Positions 27,409 to 39,706 of a stretch of DNA of 64,000 nucleotides are shown piece after piece. A program made the position numbers and the translations under genes. Within the stretch, counting starts at the first letter, position 1. The number at the start of each line of letters is the position of its first letter. This DNA is from Octopus vulgaris (Eukaryota), in contig OX597823.1 in the NCBI GenBank assembly GCA_951406725.2, positions 106,330,001-106,394,000 of the forward strand. Direction: 5' to 3'. The notes beneath the pieces were generated by a model. That model saw only the letters and a list, made by a program, of their open reading frames with translations, was not told the DNA's origin and made no database searches.

Positions 27409-28029
27409 GCATATATACGACGGGATTCTTTCAGTTTCCGTCTACCAAATCCACTCACTAGGCTTTGGTCGGCCCGAGGCTATAGTAGAAGACACTTGCC
27501 CAAGGTGCCACGCAGTGGGACTGAACCCGGAACCATGTGGTTTGTAAACAAGCTACTTACCACACAACTACTCCTGCGCCTGTTAATACTTTTGTTATAA
27601 AACCTGTCTTACGTAATCTCGTTATATACTCTTGTAGATATATATTCCGCATGTTATGAATTCTTGCTGCTAAATACTCCCGTTTTATATACTCCTTCCG
27701 TTACATATTTGTGGCCAGTGGGAAACATGTCAGCATCTATACCAAAGTGATAGCATATAATTCCAGTTGTACCAACTTTCAGATACAATAATGGACACAT
27801 TACTTACATACAAGAATGGATTTTAATGTAATTGCTAATTCAGAGCTGTTTAGTGGCTTCTCAGCTGACGTCAGCATTGTAATATACTTCACTCAGTATT
27901 GATATGTCAATTATTAAAATACTATTGGCATTTTAGTCATGTATAATTATATCAGTTTCTAACGTGTGTATAGTGTATACACGCACACACACACATGTCT
28001 GAATTACTGCGTCTCTATGTAGTGTCTAA

Positions 28030-28065
<36 letters not shown>

Positions 28066-28519
28066 CTGTATGATATTCGATGTATATGATCAAATGGCTA
28101 TATCATACAGCAAAATGTTTGAATTCTAATTATCTGAGACAGGTAGAGCTATATGTTTACGACATAATTTAATCTGTAAGGTAAGATGTTGAAATTTAGG
28201 AAGTTAGACGAAATATATGGAAACTAGATTATATTTTTATGATTCTAAGATAGTTCCGGACATCTTCAATAAAGTCTTAAGAATTGGTTCCTGAATAAGT
28301 AGGTAATGACGATGTTAACCATGCACAATATAGGATCGAGACGCAGCCAGAGCCTTCTCTCTTTTCTTTGCGGGAATCCACAAAATAGGAAACCAATCAT
28401 GTATTAGGGTCAATTCAAATACAAAGGACTGCTCACAAATGTGAATAACTGTGATCATTTAAAAACATGATCATTCTACATGACATCGTCCTTCTCCCTC
28501 GACACTTCAGCAACCAGCA

Positions 28520-28553
28520 TTACCACCACCACCACCACCACAACCGCACCACC

Positions 28554-28586
<33 letters not shown>

Positions 28587-28722
28587 GTCGTCGTCGTCGT
28601 CATCATCATCATCAACAACATCATAATCATCATCATCATCATCATCGTCATCATCATCATCGTCATCATCATCATCATCATCATCATCATCGTCATCATC
28701 ATCGTCATCGTCATCATCGTCG

Positions 28723-28772
<50 letters not shown>

Positions 28773-28800
28773 GTCGTCATCATCATAGCCGTCGTCGTCT
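28520..28800. repeat. (CAC)n/(CAT)n microsatellite
   Basis: Direct reading. Confidence 0.9.
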
Positions 28801-28814
28801 CGAAAGTCTTTGAT

Positions 28815-29012
28815 TAGCAGAAATGCTGGAGTTCCGGAAGATTGCAATGCGATATTTGTCACGGCTCTTAACGTTCTGAGTTCAAGCCTGTCAGCTCTGA
28901 GTTTCATCTGTCTGGGCTTTATAAAATAAAGTATCTGTCAAGTGCTATGGTAGACGGTGGCGAACAGCCTCTTCCCTCTTACGTGCTGGCCCTTGTACCT
29001 GAATTAGAAACA
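28815..29012 (+). mobile_element. decayed Meta-domain-like SINE
   Basis: TTAACGTTCTGAGTTCAA..TTTCATCTG..GATAAAATAAAGTA..GCTGGCCCTTGTACC. Confidence 0.6.
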
Positions 29013-29428
29013 ACTACGACAGATAGACAGAAGAATAAACACAGGTAAGTAGCGTAAATATGTGTTTGTGGTGTGTGCGCGTGTGTGAAAGAGATAAATA
29101 AAAACAGAGATGAATTATTGGTGAATAGTGTATGCATATGTGTGTGTGTGTGTGTGTGTGTGGTGCGTGTGTGCATTCGCGCGCATTTTATTAAAGCTGC
29201 AAAAACATCACAAACTGTTCCATGTTTCCGTTCGTGGGACAGTTGGGATCAAGATTGAAATAGAATTTTATTCCTTTCTTCATCACAACTGTACGACGAA
29301 ATGAAATTGAAACTCTGAGTAACAATTTTGGGATGTTTTTGCAGTTATAATAATAAAAAAAAGCATAATTCTCTACCTTCGGGATTCCAGTACTATTTTT
29401 TCCACCTTGTTTTGCATTTATGTGGTTA

Positions 29429-29807
<379 letters not shown>

Positions 29808-30129
29808 CGTATGTATTACGCATGCATGTATGTATGTAGGTGTGTGTGCATAGAGAGAGAGAGAAAAGGAGAGAGGGTAGGAAAGACAGAGATAGAAAAA
29901 TTTGGATAGTTCGAAGAAGTAGACAAATATACCTTAAATTAATCCCAGGTATCTCTGAAAAAGAAGTAAAACGTAGAATATATTGGGTCATATCTTAGTC
30001 CCTGGATGCGTATATTTTATTAAAAGATGAGCTGACCGTAAACAGAACGCCTTTGATAAAGGTTTGCTCAACTATTGCAGAGGTTTTAAGTATCAGATAA
30101 TACGTATGTGTTTGTGTGTGTGCATAACT

Positions 30130-30443
30130 GAGGGCACATTAATTGGCTTAATCGTTAGGATATTCGTAAGGTTGTGAGTTCAATTCCAGGCGACGCGCTG
30201 TGTCCTTTCGCAAGAGACTTTATTTCATGTTGATCCATTCTACTCAGCTGGCAAGATGAGTAGTACCTGTATTTCAAAGTACCAGCTTTGTCACTTTTCA
30301 GTCTCACAATGATTCACCCTGAGAACTACGTTAAGGGTATACGTGTCTGGGGAGTACTCAGCCACATGCAGGTTAATTTCGCGAGCAGGTTGTTCCGGTG
30401 AGCAGATCAACTAGAACCCTCATCGTCGAGAACGACGGAGTGC
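30130..30443 (+). mobile_element. tRNA-derived SINE (same family as 1-257)
   Basis: TGGCTTAATCGTTAGG (A box), GAGTTCAATTCC (B box) and the shared body CCCTGAGAACTACGTTAAGGG. Confidence 0.8.
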
Positions 30444-30831
30444 TATATATAACTACTAACCAAATGACTCTACTTTACATGAAGAACTCTGAGTTGTAAA
30501 CATAGACAGCATTCTGGCAAACAATGCAGCCACATGCGGTTACGCAATGCCACCATCAACAGAATGAAATTTGAAGAACTGTTAAACTGTCTTCGAGAAC
30601 CAATGTCTTCTCTCACTATCAGAAAAGTCTATCAGAACACGTGGAGTATGTGGCTTAACATAGAAATAGTGTAACAGATTGATTTCCGCTTCTAGTCAAG
30701 ACATATCACATCTATAGACAAAAAGGTATCAGCAGGTTATCATCGTTTAGGAAATCTTTAACAAGATAAATACAGATAGCGAAGAATCAACAAAGAGTAT
30801 TATTGTTCAATCAATTGCTAATATACGTACG

Positions 30832-30866
<35 letters not shown>

Positions 30867-31015
30867 GTATGTATGTATGTATGTATATATGTATGTATGT
30901 ATACATGCACACATATACACACACACACAGATCGATTGATATATAGATGAATAGAGAGTTAGACGCAGATAGCTGTAGATCTATGTATAAGTACATAGAC
31001 ACATATATACGTATG

Positions 31016-31051
<36 letters not shown>

Positions 31052-31065
31052 TGTATGTATGTATG

Positions 31066-31113
<48 letters not shown>

Positions 31114-31119
31114 ATATAA

Positions 31120-31149
<30 letters not shown>

Positions 31150-31159
<10 letters not shown>

Positions 31160-31476
31160 TATGTATATATACATAAGTATATGTGCATACTTACATCTAT
31201 ACGTATACATATATGCATATGTGGGCACAGGACGTCACGAAAAGTGTGCAACAAAAAAAACGAAGTACGTATACATGGAATATGGACTATTTTTTCGAAC
31301 AACGAAAGACACAAATGGAAAACAAAACAAACAATTGATGAGGGGTCGTTCTTGTTATTTGTCTTGTTTTCCATTTGTGTCTTTCGTTCTTCGAAAACAT
31401 ATTTCATATTCCATGTACTCGAACTTCAAATTTTTTTTATTTTTGTACACGTTTCGTAACGTCCTGTGCCCACATA

Positions 31477-31533
<57 letters not shown>

Positions 31534-31556
31534 GTATAGATGTAAGTATGTACATA

Positions 31557-31570
<14 letters not shown>
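31150..31570. repeat. imperfect inverted repeat of a (TA)n-associated element
   Basis: ATGCATATGTGGGCACAGGACGT..AACGAAAGACACAAATGGAAAACAA is mirrored by TTGTTTTCCATTTGTGTCTTTCGTT..ACGTCCTGTGCCCACATATGCAT. A related single copy lies at about 38480-38645. Confidence 0.85.
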
Positions 31571-31599
<29 letters not shown>

Positions 31600-31738
31600 A
31601 ATATAAGAGAGTGGTCACTATATGGCTCACTCTAGCACCAGTTAATCCAAAAGGTTTCAACCACAAAAATACATGTTTCCCATGAAAGTCAGTACGATTG
31701 TTAGCTCACACGGACAGGGCAAATAAAAATAACAAATA

Positions 31739-31834
31739 CAGATTATTTTGGGACAATTGTTTCGCTATTAATGAATTAAATGTAATTTTACTTACAATAA
31801 AATCCACTTGTAGCTCTTCAGCCAAAACTATCTG
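31739..31834 (-). ncRNA. canonical type I hammerhead ribozyme, left-arm copy
   Basis: Exact reverse complement of 32005-32100. Confidence 0.85.
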
Positions 31835-32004
31835 GATGAAATCCACTCAATCACACGCCAGATTTTACCATAACGATAAATACGCGTGTGGTTCAATTGA
31901 TTACATCCGACGTTATAATTCCGACGTTATCAATGTAATCAATTGAACCACACGCGTATTTATCGTTATGGTAAAATCTGGCGTGTGATTGAGTGGATTT
32001 CATC

Positions 32005-32100
32005 CAGATAGTTTTGGCTGAAGAGCTACAAGTGGATTTTATTGTAAGTAAAATTACATTTAATTCATTAATAGCGAAACAATTGTCCCAAAATAATCTG
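32005..32100 (+). ncRNA. canonical type I hammerhead ribozyme, right-arm copy
   Basis: CAGAUAGUUUUGG-CUGAAGA-GCUA..UAGC-GAAAC-AAUU-GUC-CCAAAAUAAUCUG: intact core, G10.1-C11.1 pair, 12 of 13 paired stem I, predicted cleavage after C32087. Confidence 0.88.
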
Positions 32101-32511
32101 TATTTGTTATTTTTTATTTGCCCTGTCCGTGTGAGCTAACAATCGTACTGACTTTCATGGGAAACATGTATTTTTGTGGTTGAAACCTTTTGGATTAACT
32201 GGTGCTAGAGTGAGCCATATAGTGACCACTCTCTTATATTTATTTTGTAAAAATATTATAATATATTATAAAATATTATAATAATCCAGGTTTCTCGGAG
32301 CACTAGGCCACTTGGTGTAGAATAGATATACTATTAAATTAGTATCTAATTCTCTCACCCTTATTAATTAATATATATATATATATATATCTATATACGT
32401 ATGATTGAACGCCACGCATCCTCTTCCAAGTAAGTTTTATCTCTCTCTCTCTCTCTCACTATATATATATATATGTGTGTGTGTGTGTGAGAATAAAGTG
32501 TACGTACGCCG

Positions 32512-32582
<71 letters not shown>

Positions 32583-32589
<7 letters not shown>

Positions 32590-32768
32590 ATACAAAATGG
32601 GACAAGAACGCAAAACATCCAGATAGACGATACAAAAAACACGGACGGGTCATTCAAAGCCTTTAATCTTCAGTCAAGAACCGGATCATCCTCGCAATTT
32701 CGTCTGATTAATCTTGAGATTGCTCCAATCTGGCCAGCCCCAAGGAAAAGCTAAGCTAAGAGCTTAGC
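32583..32768 (-). repeat. copy of the 8136-type short repeat
   Basis: TCTTCAGTCAAGAACCGGATCATCCTCGCAATTTCG. Confidence 0.8.
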
Positions 32769-32770
32769 TT

Positions 32771-32856
<86 letters not shown>

Positions 32857-32857
32857 G

Positions 32858-32985
32858 ATTGACACAAGGCCAACAATTTTGGTAGAGGGAGTAAATCAAT
32901 TACATCGATCCCAGTGCTCAACTATTACTGATTTTAACGACAAAATCGACCTTGACGGAATTTCATCTCAAAACGTAAAGATGGA
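32858..32985 (-). mobile_element. Meta-domain-like SINE fragment
   Basis: GACACAAGGCC..ATTACATCGATCCCAGTGCTCAACT..CGACCTTGACGGAATTT. Confidence 0.65.
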
Positions 32986-33274
32986 TTTCGTTTTTGGATT
33001 TGGTTTGCAAGATTCTTTATATGAGTTCGTGTGTTGAAGCATATTCTGATGTGTCTGGGGAGAGTAATTTTTATTTTGTGCCTTATAACGTAACACACTC
33101 ATCGGTAAAATTTCCACTTATTTCTTATAAGTGGAAATTTTACCGGTGTGTGTGTTACTTTATAAAGCACAAAAAGAAAATGACTCTCCCCAGACACAAC
33201 AGAGTAAAGATGGATGAAATGTCACTAAGCCTTTTGTACAAACGATCCTGCCATTTCACCACCTAAATAATAAA

Positions 33275-33475
33275 ATCCTTTGTACTATAGTCAGAAGACC
33301 TGAAATTTAGTGGGATGGGTTTAGTTCATTACATAGACACCAGAAATTAACTGGGTCTAAATTCGTCAATCCTGAAAGGATGAACGACATCCTTTCACCT
33401 CAGAACATAAAGAATAAAGAAATACTACTTAGCATTTTACCCAGCGTCTTAACAATGCTGCCAGTTCGCCGCCTT
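33275..33475 (-). mobile_element. Meta-domain-like SINE
   Basis: CCTGAAAGGATGAA..CTTAGCATTTTACCCAGCG..CTGCCAGTTCGCCGCC. Confidence 0.7.
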
Positions 33476-33494
33476 TACGAGCAACAGCAACAAG

Positions 33495-33970
33495 AGTGGA
33501 GGCGCAATGGCCCGGTGGTTAGGGCAGCAGACTCGTGGTCACAAGAACGCGGTTTCGAATCCCAGACCGGGCATTGTGAGTGTTTATTGAGCAAATACAC
33601 CTAAGCACCACGAATCTCCGGCGGTTGGGGAGAGCCCCGCGGTACTCTTTCACCACAAATTTCTCTCACTCTTTCTTCCTACTTCTGCCACAAAGCAGAG
33701 GGACCATGGTGTAACTCACTTTGGCGTGATAAACTTTCAGACCCTAGTCTAGATTGCGAATCCTCTGTACCCCAGGATGGTTCAGCTCTCCACCCGTTAA
33801 AAGTCACCGTTTACCGAATGAGGATACAACGTAGCTTTAGCGCCCGTGCAACCAACAGTCTATCGCGTGTGGTGGGTGGATCTTCAAGTTGCCACACACA
33901 TTCTTAGTAGCTTAGAGTAGACTCAAATTAGAGATTATTCTTTGTGGCTAATGGCGTGAGTCCTGATTGG
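33495..33970 (+). mobile_element. tRNA-derived SINE ending in a (GAA)n tail
   Basis: A box TGGCCCGGTGG and B box GTTTCGAATCC. The 5' half matches 5310-5480; the 3' half differs and runs into (GAA)n at 33970-34076. Confidence 0.7.
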
Positions 33971-34127
33971 AAGAAGAAGAAGAAGAAGAAGAAGAAGAAG
34001 AAGAAGAAGAAGAAGAAGAAGAAGAAGAAGAAGAAGAAGAAGAAGAAGAAGAAGAAGAAGAAGAAGAAGAAGAAGATAGTGGCAAGAACAATGAGAACAA
34101 TAATAAAAATAATAATAATGATTTAAA

Positions 34128-34330
34128 ATTTTGGTACAAGGCCAGCAATTTCAGGGAGTGGGGTAAGCCGATTTCATCAACCCTAGTGCTCAACTGGTAT
34201 TTATTTTAATGACCCCGAAAGGATAAAAGCAAAGTCGACCTCAGCGGAATTTGAACTCAGAACATAAAGACGGATGAAATGTCGGTAAGCATTTCGTCCA
34301 GCGTGCTTAACTATTGCACCAGCTCACCGT
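34128..34330 (-). mobile_element. Meta-domain-like SINE
   Basis: GACCCCGAAAGGATAAAAGCAAAGTCGACCTCAGCGGAATTTGAACTCAGAAC. Confidence 0.85.
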
Positions 34331-34331
34331 T

Positions 34332-34632
34332 TGGAATGTGGTAATGAGGAGGAGTAACTGTTAACCCAGTACTTATAGGGGCACTCAGAGCACTAACTAC
34401 AAAATTCGAAAAATATGTCGGAGAAATTGGAAAGCAGAGCATATCTGCTCTACTGGGTACAGTTAGGATTTAGAGACTGGTGCTTGGGTATTGAACCTCT
34501 TCCACTATCTTTCACAACGCTTAACAGCCAAGTTCTAAGTCTTATAATTTGCGGTAAGGCCCTCTGGGACCTCTAACAGGCTGCTGCTCGCTTCACAGAA
34601 TCAACCAGAGCAAGTAAGACAGAGCTCTGAGA
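34332..34632 (+). mobile_element. Dong/R4-like 3' end
   Basis: VTVNPVLIGALRALTTKFEKYVGEIG..SALLGTVRI, then a 3' UTR followed directly by (TAA)n. Confidence 0.7.
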
Positions 34633-34873
34633 ATAATAATAATAATAATAATATTAATAATAATAATAATAATAATAATGATAATAATGGAACAAATCCA
34701 GCAAATATGGAGGAGAGATTTAGTCGGTTAACCCGATTCCACTATTTCAATAATCCAGCATTTTGTCGGCTGAAGGATGAAAATAGAGGTTGTCATGTGC
34801 TGCGTTTGAAACAGAGAACAGAACACAATACTGGGGAATAATTACCACAAGGCATTTCATCACGTCATTCGGT

Positions 34874-34924
<51 letters not shown>

Positions 34925-35113
34925 AATAACAACAACAGCACCAACAACAATAGTAGCAATGACAGTAGTAGTAGTAGTAGCAGTAGTAGTAGTAGTAGTA
35001 GTAGTAGTAATAATAATAATAACAACAACAACAATAATTTTTTTAGCCACAAGACCCAAAATGGAAAGATCAACTACAACTACAACAACTAAAACAACAA
35101 CAACAACAACAAC

Positions 35114-35204
<91 letters not shown>

Positions 35205-35475
35205 GTAATAATAATATTTTTTATTATGATCTTTGGGTCGGAGAGGATGGAGGTGAAGTGGATATTAGTTGGCTGAATGGATGGGTGGAGACGGGGAGGT
35301 GCAGAGAACGATGTCCATGTGTTCAGCGTTCGTCCGCAATGGTTTAATGGTTTTAATCCCGTCCAAAGACAAATGGCGTTTGATGTGCAATTAGATAGTT
35401 GTAAAAATATCAAGACACACAGAATTTGTTTCTGGAATAGCTTTCAGCCATTCCAGATACTAATATATATTTGGA

Positions 35476-35575
<100 letters not shown>

Positions 35576-35732
35576 AACACACACACATGCAATCACACAT
35601 ATGTATACATACATATTTATATATATGTGCGTATATATGTATAAGTGTTTGTATGTATACGTGCATATATATACACATACACACACACATATAAATACCT
35701 ACCCATACACACATACATATATATACATATAT

Positions 35733-35789
<57 letters not shown>

Positions 35790-36319
35790 TGCTTGTGTGT
35801 ATGAGAGAATGTGTGTGAGTGTGTGTATGTGTGCGTGTGTGTGCATTTTTCATCTTCTTTTCATAAATGGTATTAATTAGAAAAGCGAAGAAATAAAACG
35901 CGTAAAGAAGGAGTTAGATCCAAAAACAAAAAAAAAGATTAAAAAATAAAGAAAGAATTCTGAATGAAAGAAATTATGGTCATATGAAGGAAAATACGTT
36001 GCTTATAGCATAGATTAAAATATGAGACAAAAAGTGAAAGTGTGAGAGAGAGAGAGAGAGAGAGAAGGAAGGAGGGTGTGTGTGTGCATGTGTGAGTGTG
36101 TGACGGAAAGACAGCGACAGAGGTGAACGATAGAAAAAGAAGGAGGAAAGAGGGAAAATAAGAGAGCAGCTGAGATAGAGAAAGAGTCAAATTGTTGAAA
36201 TTAGAATATACAGAATAATGCAGAGACTGATTGTATGTGTATGCATGCATATGCACATGCATATATATATGTGTTTGCGTGTTATATATATATAAACTAA
36301 TTGGAAATATATATATATA

Positions 36320-36728
36320 GGCGCAGGAGTGGCTGTGTGATAAGTAGCTTGCTAACCAGCCACATGGTTCCGGGTTCAGTCCCACTGCGTGGCATCTTGG
36401 GCAAGTGTCTTCTGCTATAGCCTCGGGCAGACCAAAGCCTTGTGAGTGGATTTGGTAGACGGAAACTGAAAGAAGCCTGTCGTATATATGTATATATATA
36501 TATATATGTCTGTGTGTGGGTATGTTTGTGTGTCTGTGTTTGTCTCTCTAGCATTGCTTGACAACCGATGCTGGTGTGTTTACGTCCCCGTCACTTAGCG
36601 GTTCGGCAAAAGAGACCGATAGAATAAGTACTGGGCTTACAAAGAATAAGTCCCGGGGTCGATTTGCTCGACTAAAGGTGGTGCTCCAGCAGGGCCGCAG
36701 TCAAATGACTGAAACAAGTAAAGAGTAT
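36320..36728 (+). mobile_element. full-length tRNA-derived SINE with an internal (TA/TG)n tract
   Basis: GGCGCAGGAGTGGCTGTGTG (A box), GGTTCAGTCCC (B box), CORE-like TTGGGCAAGTGTCTT and an AAGAGTA tail. Five copies in the window. Confidence 0.92.
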
Positions 36729-36752
36729 AGATATATATATATATATATATAT

Positions 36753-37238
36753 GCGAATATAAACAAGAAGGGTAGTAATATTATTCACTACCAGGTGCCC
36801 AGCACAAAAGACGAATTAGTCATAAGACAAAAATGTTATTCATATAGAAAAATATTATTCATGTAGTTATACAATTAAGGGCTCCTAAATTAAGATGCCG
36901 AGTGCTGGGAACACAAAAAGGGGATGAATTTATCGAGAGTGAAAATCAAAAACGTTTACCGATAACTTTTACAACTCGAACCGCGGTTTCTGCTTCTTTC
37001 TAGCAAAACACAGAATATGTTTGCTAAGGCTAGCTTCATCAGCGAGTCGCCTAAATTTAATCGAGGTCTGCAGCGATGTGGGACCATGTGTTGAACCCGA
37101 CTACTAGCAGATCTTAACTTTTCAAATCTCTGCGCAGACGCAAAACTTACACGGCAGTATCGGGCATGCCGGGAAGAATTTTACGAATAAATCCATCATG
37201 TAATATGCGAATATTTTTTGTGTTCCCAGCACTCGGCA

Positions 37239-37241
<3 letters not shown>
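36753..37241 (-). mobile_element. non-autonomous PLE-like element with HHR and 27-bp 5' inversion
   Basis: (TA)n on both sides. 37215-37241 is the exact reverse complement of 36893-36919. Contains the HHR at 36971-37050. Confidence 0.7.
36971..37050 (-). ncRNA. type I hammerhead ribozyme
   Basis: GCGACUCG-CUGAUGA-A-GCU..UUAGCAAAC..GUUUUGCUAG..AGC-A-GAAAC-CGCG-GUU-CGAGUUGU: 8-bp stem I and palindromic stem III, with an A.A pair at the base of stem II. Confidence 0.78.
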
Positions 37242-37290
<49 letters not shown>

Positions 37291-37746
37291 GTATATATAT
37301 ATATATACGTTTGTTGGTTCCCTGTAAGGGAAACGTTGTTGCGTTGCATTTATTAAATAATTGTAAACCGTAACCCTCCCCCTTTGGGAGAAGGAGCTTT
37401 GGTTATTGTTTAAAAATTGAAATGTGTCCCTGTTTGGGGAAATTGGCAATAATTTCACAGTTTATAAGGAAGCATTTTTGTTAAAATGCCTTCGATAGAA
37501 GAAAGTCTAAAAATGAATTTCGCTGCAGCCGTCGACGGGCGCGAACTCATTAAAATTAAAATGGAAGAAATACAAGCCTATTTCGGATTGATCACCGACA
37601 AAGACGGTGAATCTAGGATAACACCACCAAACGAAATAAAAAATTAAATTTAAAAATGACTATTGTGTATAAAGTATACAATGTAGAGAAAAAAAAGATT
37701 TGAACACCTGGAGGAAAGCACCATCGAAAAATGTCTTGGTGCGACT

Positions 37747-38052
37747 ATGTCTTGGTGCACCACCGACATAGCTCTACTGTCATCACCCATACGAGTGCCG
37801 GTCGAGAAGGGAGTGAAGCAAGGAGATACAATCTCCCCAAAACTTTTCACTGCATGTCTCGAACAGATCATCAGAGGCATCGACTGGCAAGGTGGTGTCA
37901 ACATCAATGGCGAGCTTCTCACTCACCTCCGTTTCGCTGACGACATCGTACTCATCGCTGAAAACATGGCTCAGCTTCAGACCATGCTGACGGAGCTCGA
38001 CATCAAAAGTTCTGCAGTAGGTCTCAAGATGAACCGCATGAAAACAAAGTAT
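37747..38052 (+). pseudogene. RTE-like LINE reverse transcriptase fragment
   Basis: KGVKQGDTISPKLFTACLE..INGELLTHLRFADDIVLIA..GLKMNRMKTK. The frame is open and ends at (TA)n. Confidence 0.9.
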
Positions 38053-38065
38053 ATATATATATATA

Positions 38066-38165
38066 TCTCAAGATTAATCAGCCGAAATTACTACGATGAT
38101 CCGGTTCTTGACTGAAGACTGAGGGTTTCGAATGTCCTGTCCGTGTTTATTGTGTCGTCTTCTAG

Positions 38166-38247
<82 letters not shown>

Positions 38248-38414
38248 TATATAAAATACAAAATGGGACAAGAACGCAAAACATCCGAACAACTAGGTGA
38301 TACAAAAAGGGACCAAAAAACATCCAGACAGACGATACGAAAGAAAAAACAAGGATGGGTCATTCGAAGCTTTCTATCCTCAATCAAGAACCAGATCATC
38401 ATTGCAATTTCGGG

Positions 38415-38420
<6 letters not shown>
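38066..38420. repeat. two inverted copies of the 8136-type repeat around a (TA)n tract
   Basis: + copy at 38066-38167 and - copy at 38253-38420. Confidence 0.75.
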
Positions 38421-38478
<58 letters not shown>

Positions 38479-38669
38479 GATATAGGTACAGGACATCACC
38501 AGCAGTAAACAATATAAGATACGAAAACAAATGAGTTAAATACGCAAATAACGACAGAAAAAAAGGACAAGTAATACAAAGAATGACCCTTCATCAGTTG
38601 TCGGCTCTCTATCTACTCCACATTTCGAGCAATCACGGACAATACTTTTCACTGCTGTGTCACAATAAT

Positions 38670-38960
38670 GACGGAACATCGATTGACTGACCATGGGATT
38701 GCACCTAGGAAGTTACCCTCCGAGGCACAAGCCCGGGCAAGGTTGTTTATGGAAGACCAGCAGTCGCCCATGCATACCGGCCTTCCCTCTTCACGCCACC
38801 AGTGTTATCCAAGGGAAAGGCAACAGCAGATACAGCTTGGCACCTGTGACGTCGCAACTCATTTCTACAGCTGAGTGGACTGGTGCAACATGAAATAAAG
38901 TGTCTTGCTCAAGAACACAACATGCAGCCTGGTCCGGGATTCCAACACACAACCTCACGA
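38670..38960 (-). mobile_element. CORE-like SINE
   Basis: CAGCTGAGTGGACTGGTGCAACATGAAATAAAGTGTCTTGCTCAAGAACACAAC central domain with a distinct 3' body. Confidence 0.8.
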
Positions 38961-39612
38961 TGTATATATATATACATATCAATGTATGTGTATTTTTCAC
39001 TGAAAAATTAAATAAATAGTTGGCAGAGTAACGAAAAGTTCATCTAAGTACCAAGGATGTTACAGCCTACTTATAAATGTAGAAAATCCAGAGTTTAGGG
39101 AAATGTTTTTGTTTAACATATAAATAGACACATATCTATATATGAAAGCAGTATTACAAAACCTTACGATCGTTTCAAGGAATGTGTTTGAATTAGGCGA
39201 GTTTTCCACCCGATACAAATAGTCGCATTTCTCTTATCAGAGGTACAAATAATACTGCTTTTCTTTGGATTACAATATTGAGGCGCCTGAAACCTAACAT
39301 CACGAAGAATTTTTAATGCATTTTGTATTTCCATGATAAAGGATCTTGACTTACGAAAATCTTTCATCCACTTTGATTTTTGGTAATATCCAAGGATCTA
39401 AGTGTAAGAAGTTTCTCAGCTTCGAGTAGACCGTTGTAGGTATAAAAACAACGTTCAAGAACAATAATAATCTTTTGCCGTTGAAGGTTGTGGGCTTTTT
39501 CCCTATATTAAATTTCGAGAAGCTGAAAAAGTTTTTGTATGTCTCACGGTTAGCACCTAGATTTGCTATGAATGCGAATAAAAATCCAAATTGAAGGAGT
39601 GGATCTAGTAAA

Positions 39613-39706
39613 ATCCACCCTACATATGTTTCTTAGCTATCAGATCCTCTGATGTAATAATTACTCAGTGAGGAGTGCTCAGCCAGCTACTTATCAGCGA
39701 CAAGAT
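39613..39706 (-). ncRNA. degenerate hammerhead motif
   Basis: CUGAUAA (G8A)-G-UAGCU..AGCUA-A-GAAAC-AUAU-GUA. Stem I is weak. Confidence 0.45.

Larger units (their letters stand above)
26595..27582 (-). mobile_element. full-length 36320-type SINE with a 21-bp target-site duplication, interrupted by a nested element
   Basis: 3' half at about 26595-26790 and 5' half at about 27415-27581. AATACTTTTGTTATAAAACCT occurs at both 26574-26594 and 27585-27605. Confidence 0.9.
31594..32372 (+). mobile_element. large palindromic PLE-like element in (TA)n
   Basis: Arms 31594-31906 and 31933-32246 differ by one homopolymer indel by eye. 26-nt spacer, ~125-bp unpaired tail on the right, (TA)n on both sides. 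Confidence 0.8.

Noticed and set aside
31594-32246. Foldback/MITE DNA transposon interpretation of the palindromes
   Set aside because: The arms are not terminal (one-sided tails) and contain hammerhead ribozymes, which fits PLE-type inversion better. It is not formally excluded.
36320-36395. tRNA-like sequences with A and B boxes (also at 5310, 30130, 33495 and 55455)
   Set aside because: They are SINE heads continuing into repeat bodies, without a complete cloverleaf.
38585-38640. CUGAUGA on the minus strand near CGAAA
   Set aside because: Wrong order for type I and no supporting stems for type II or III.
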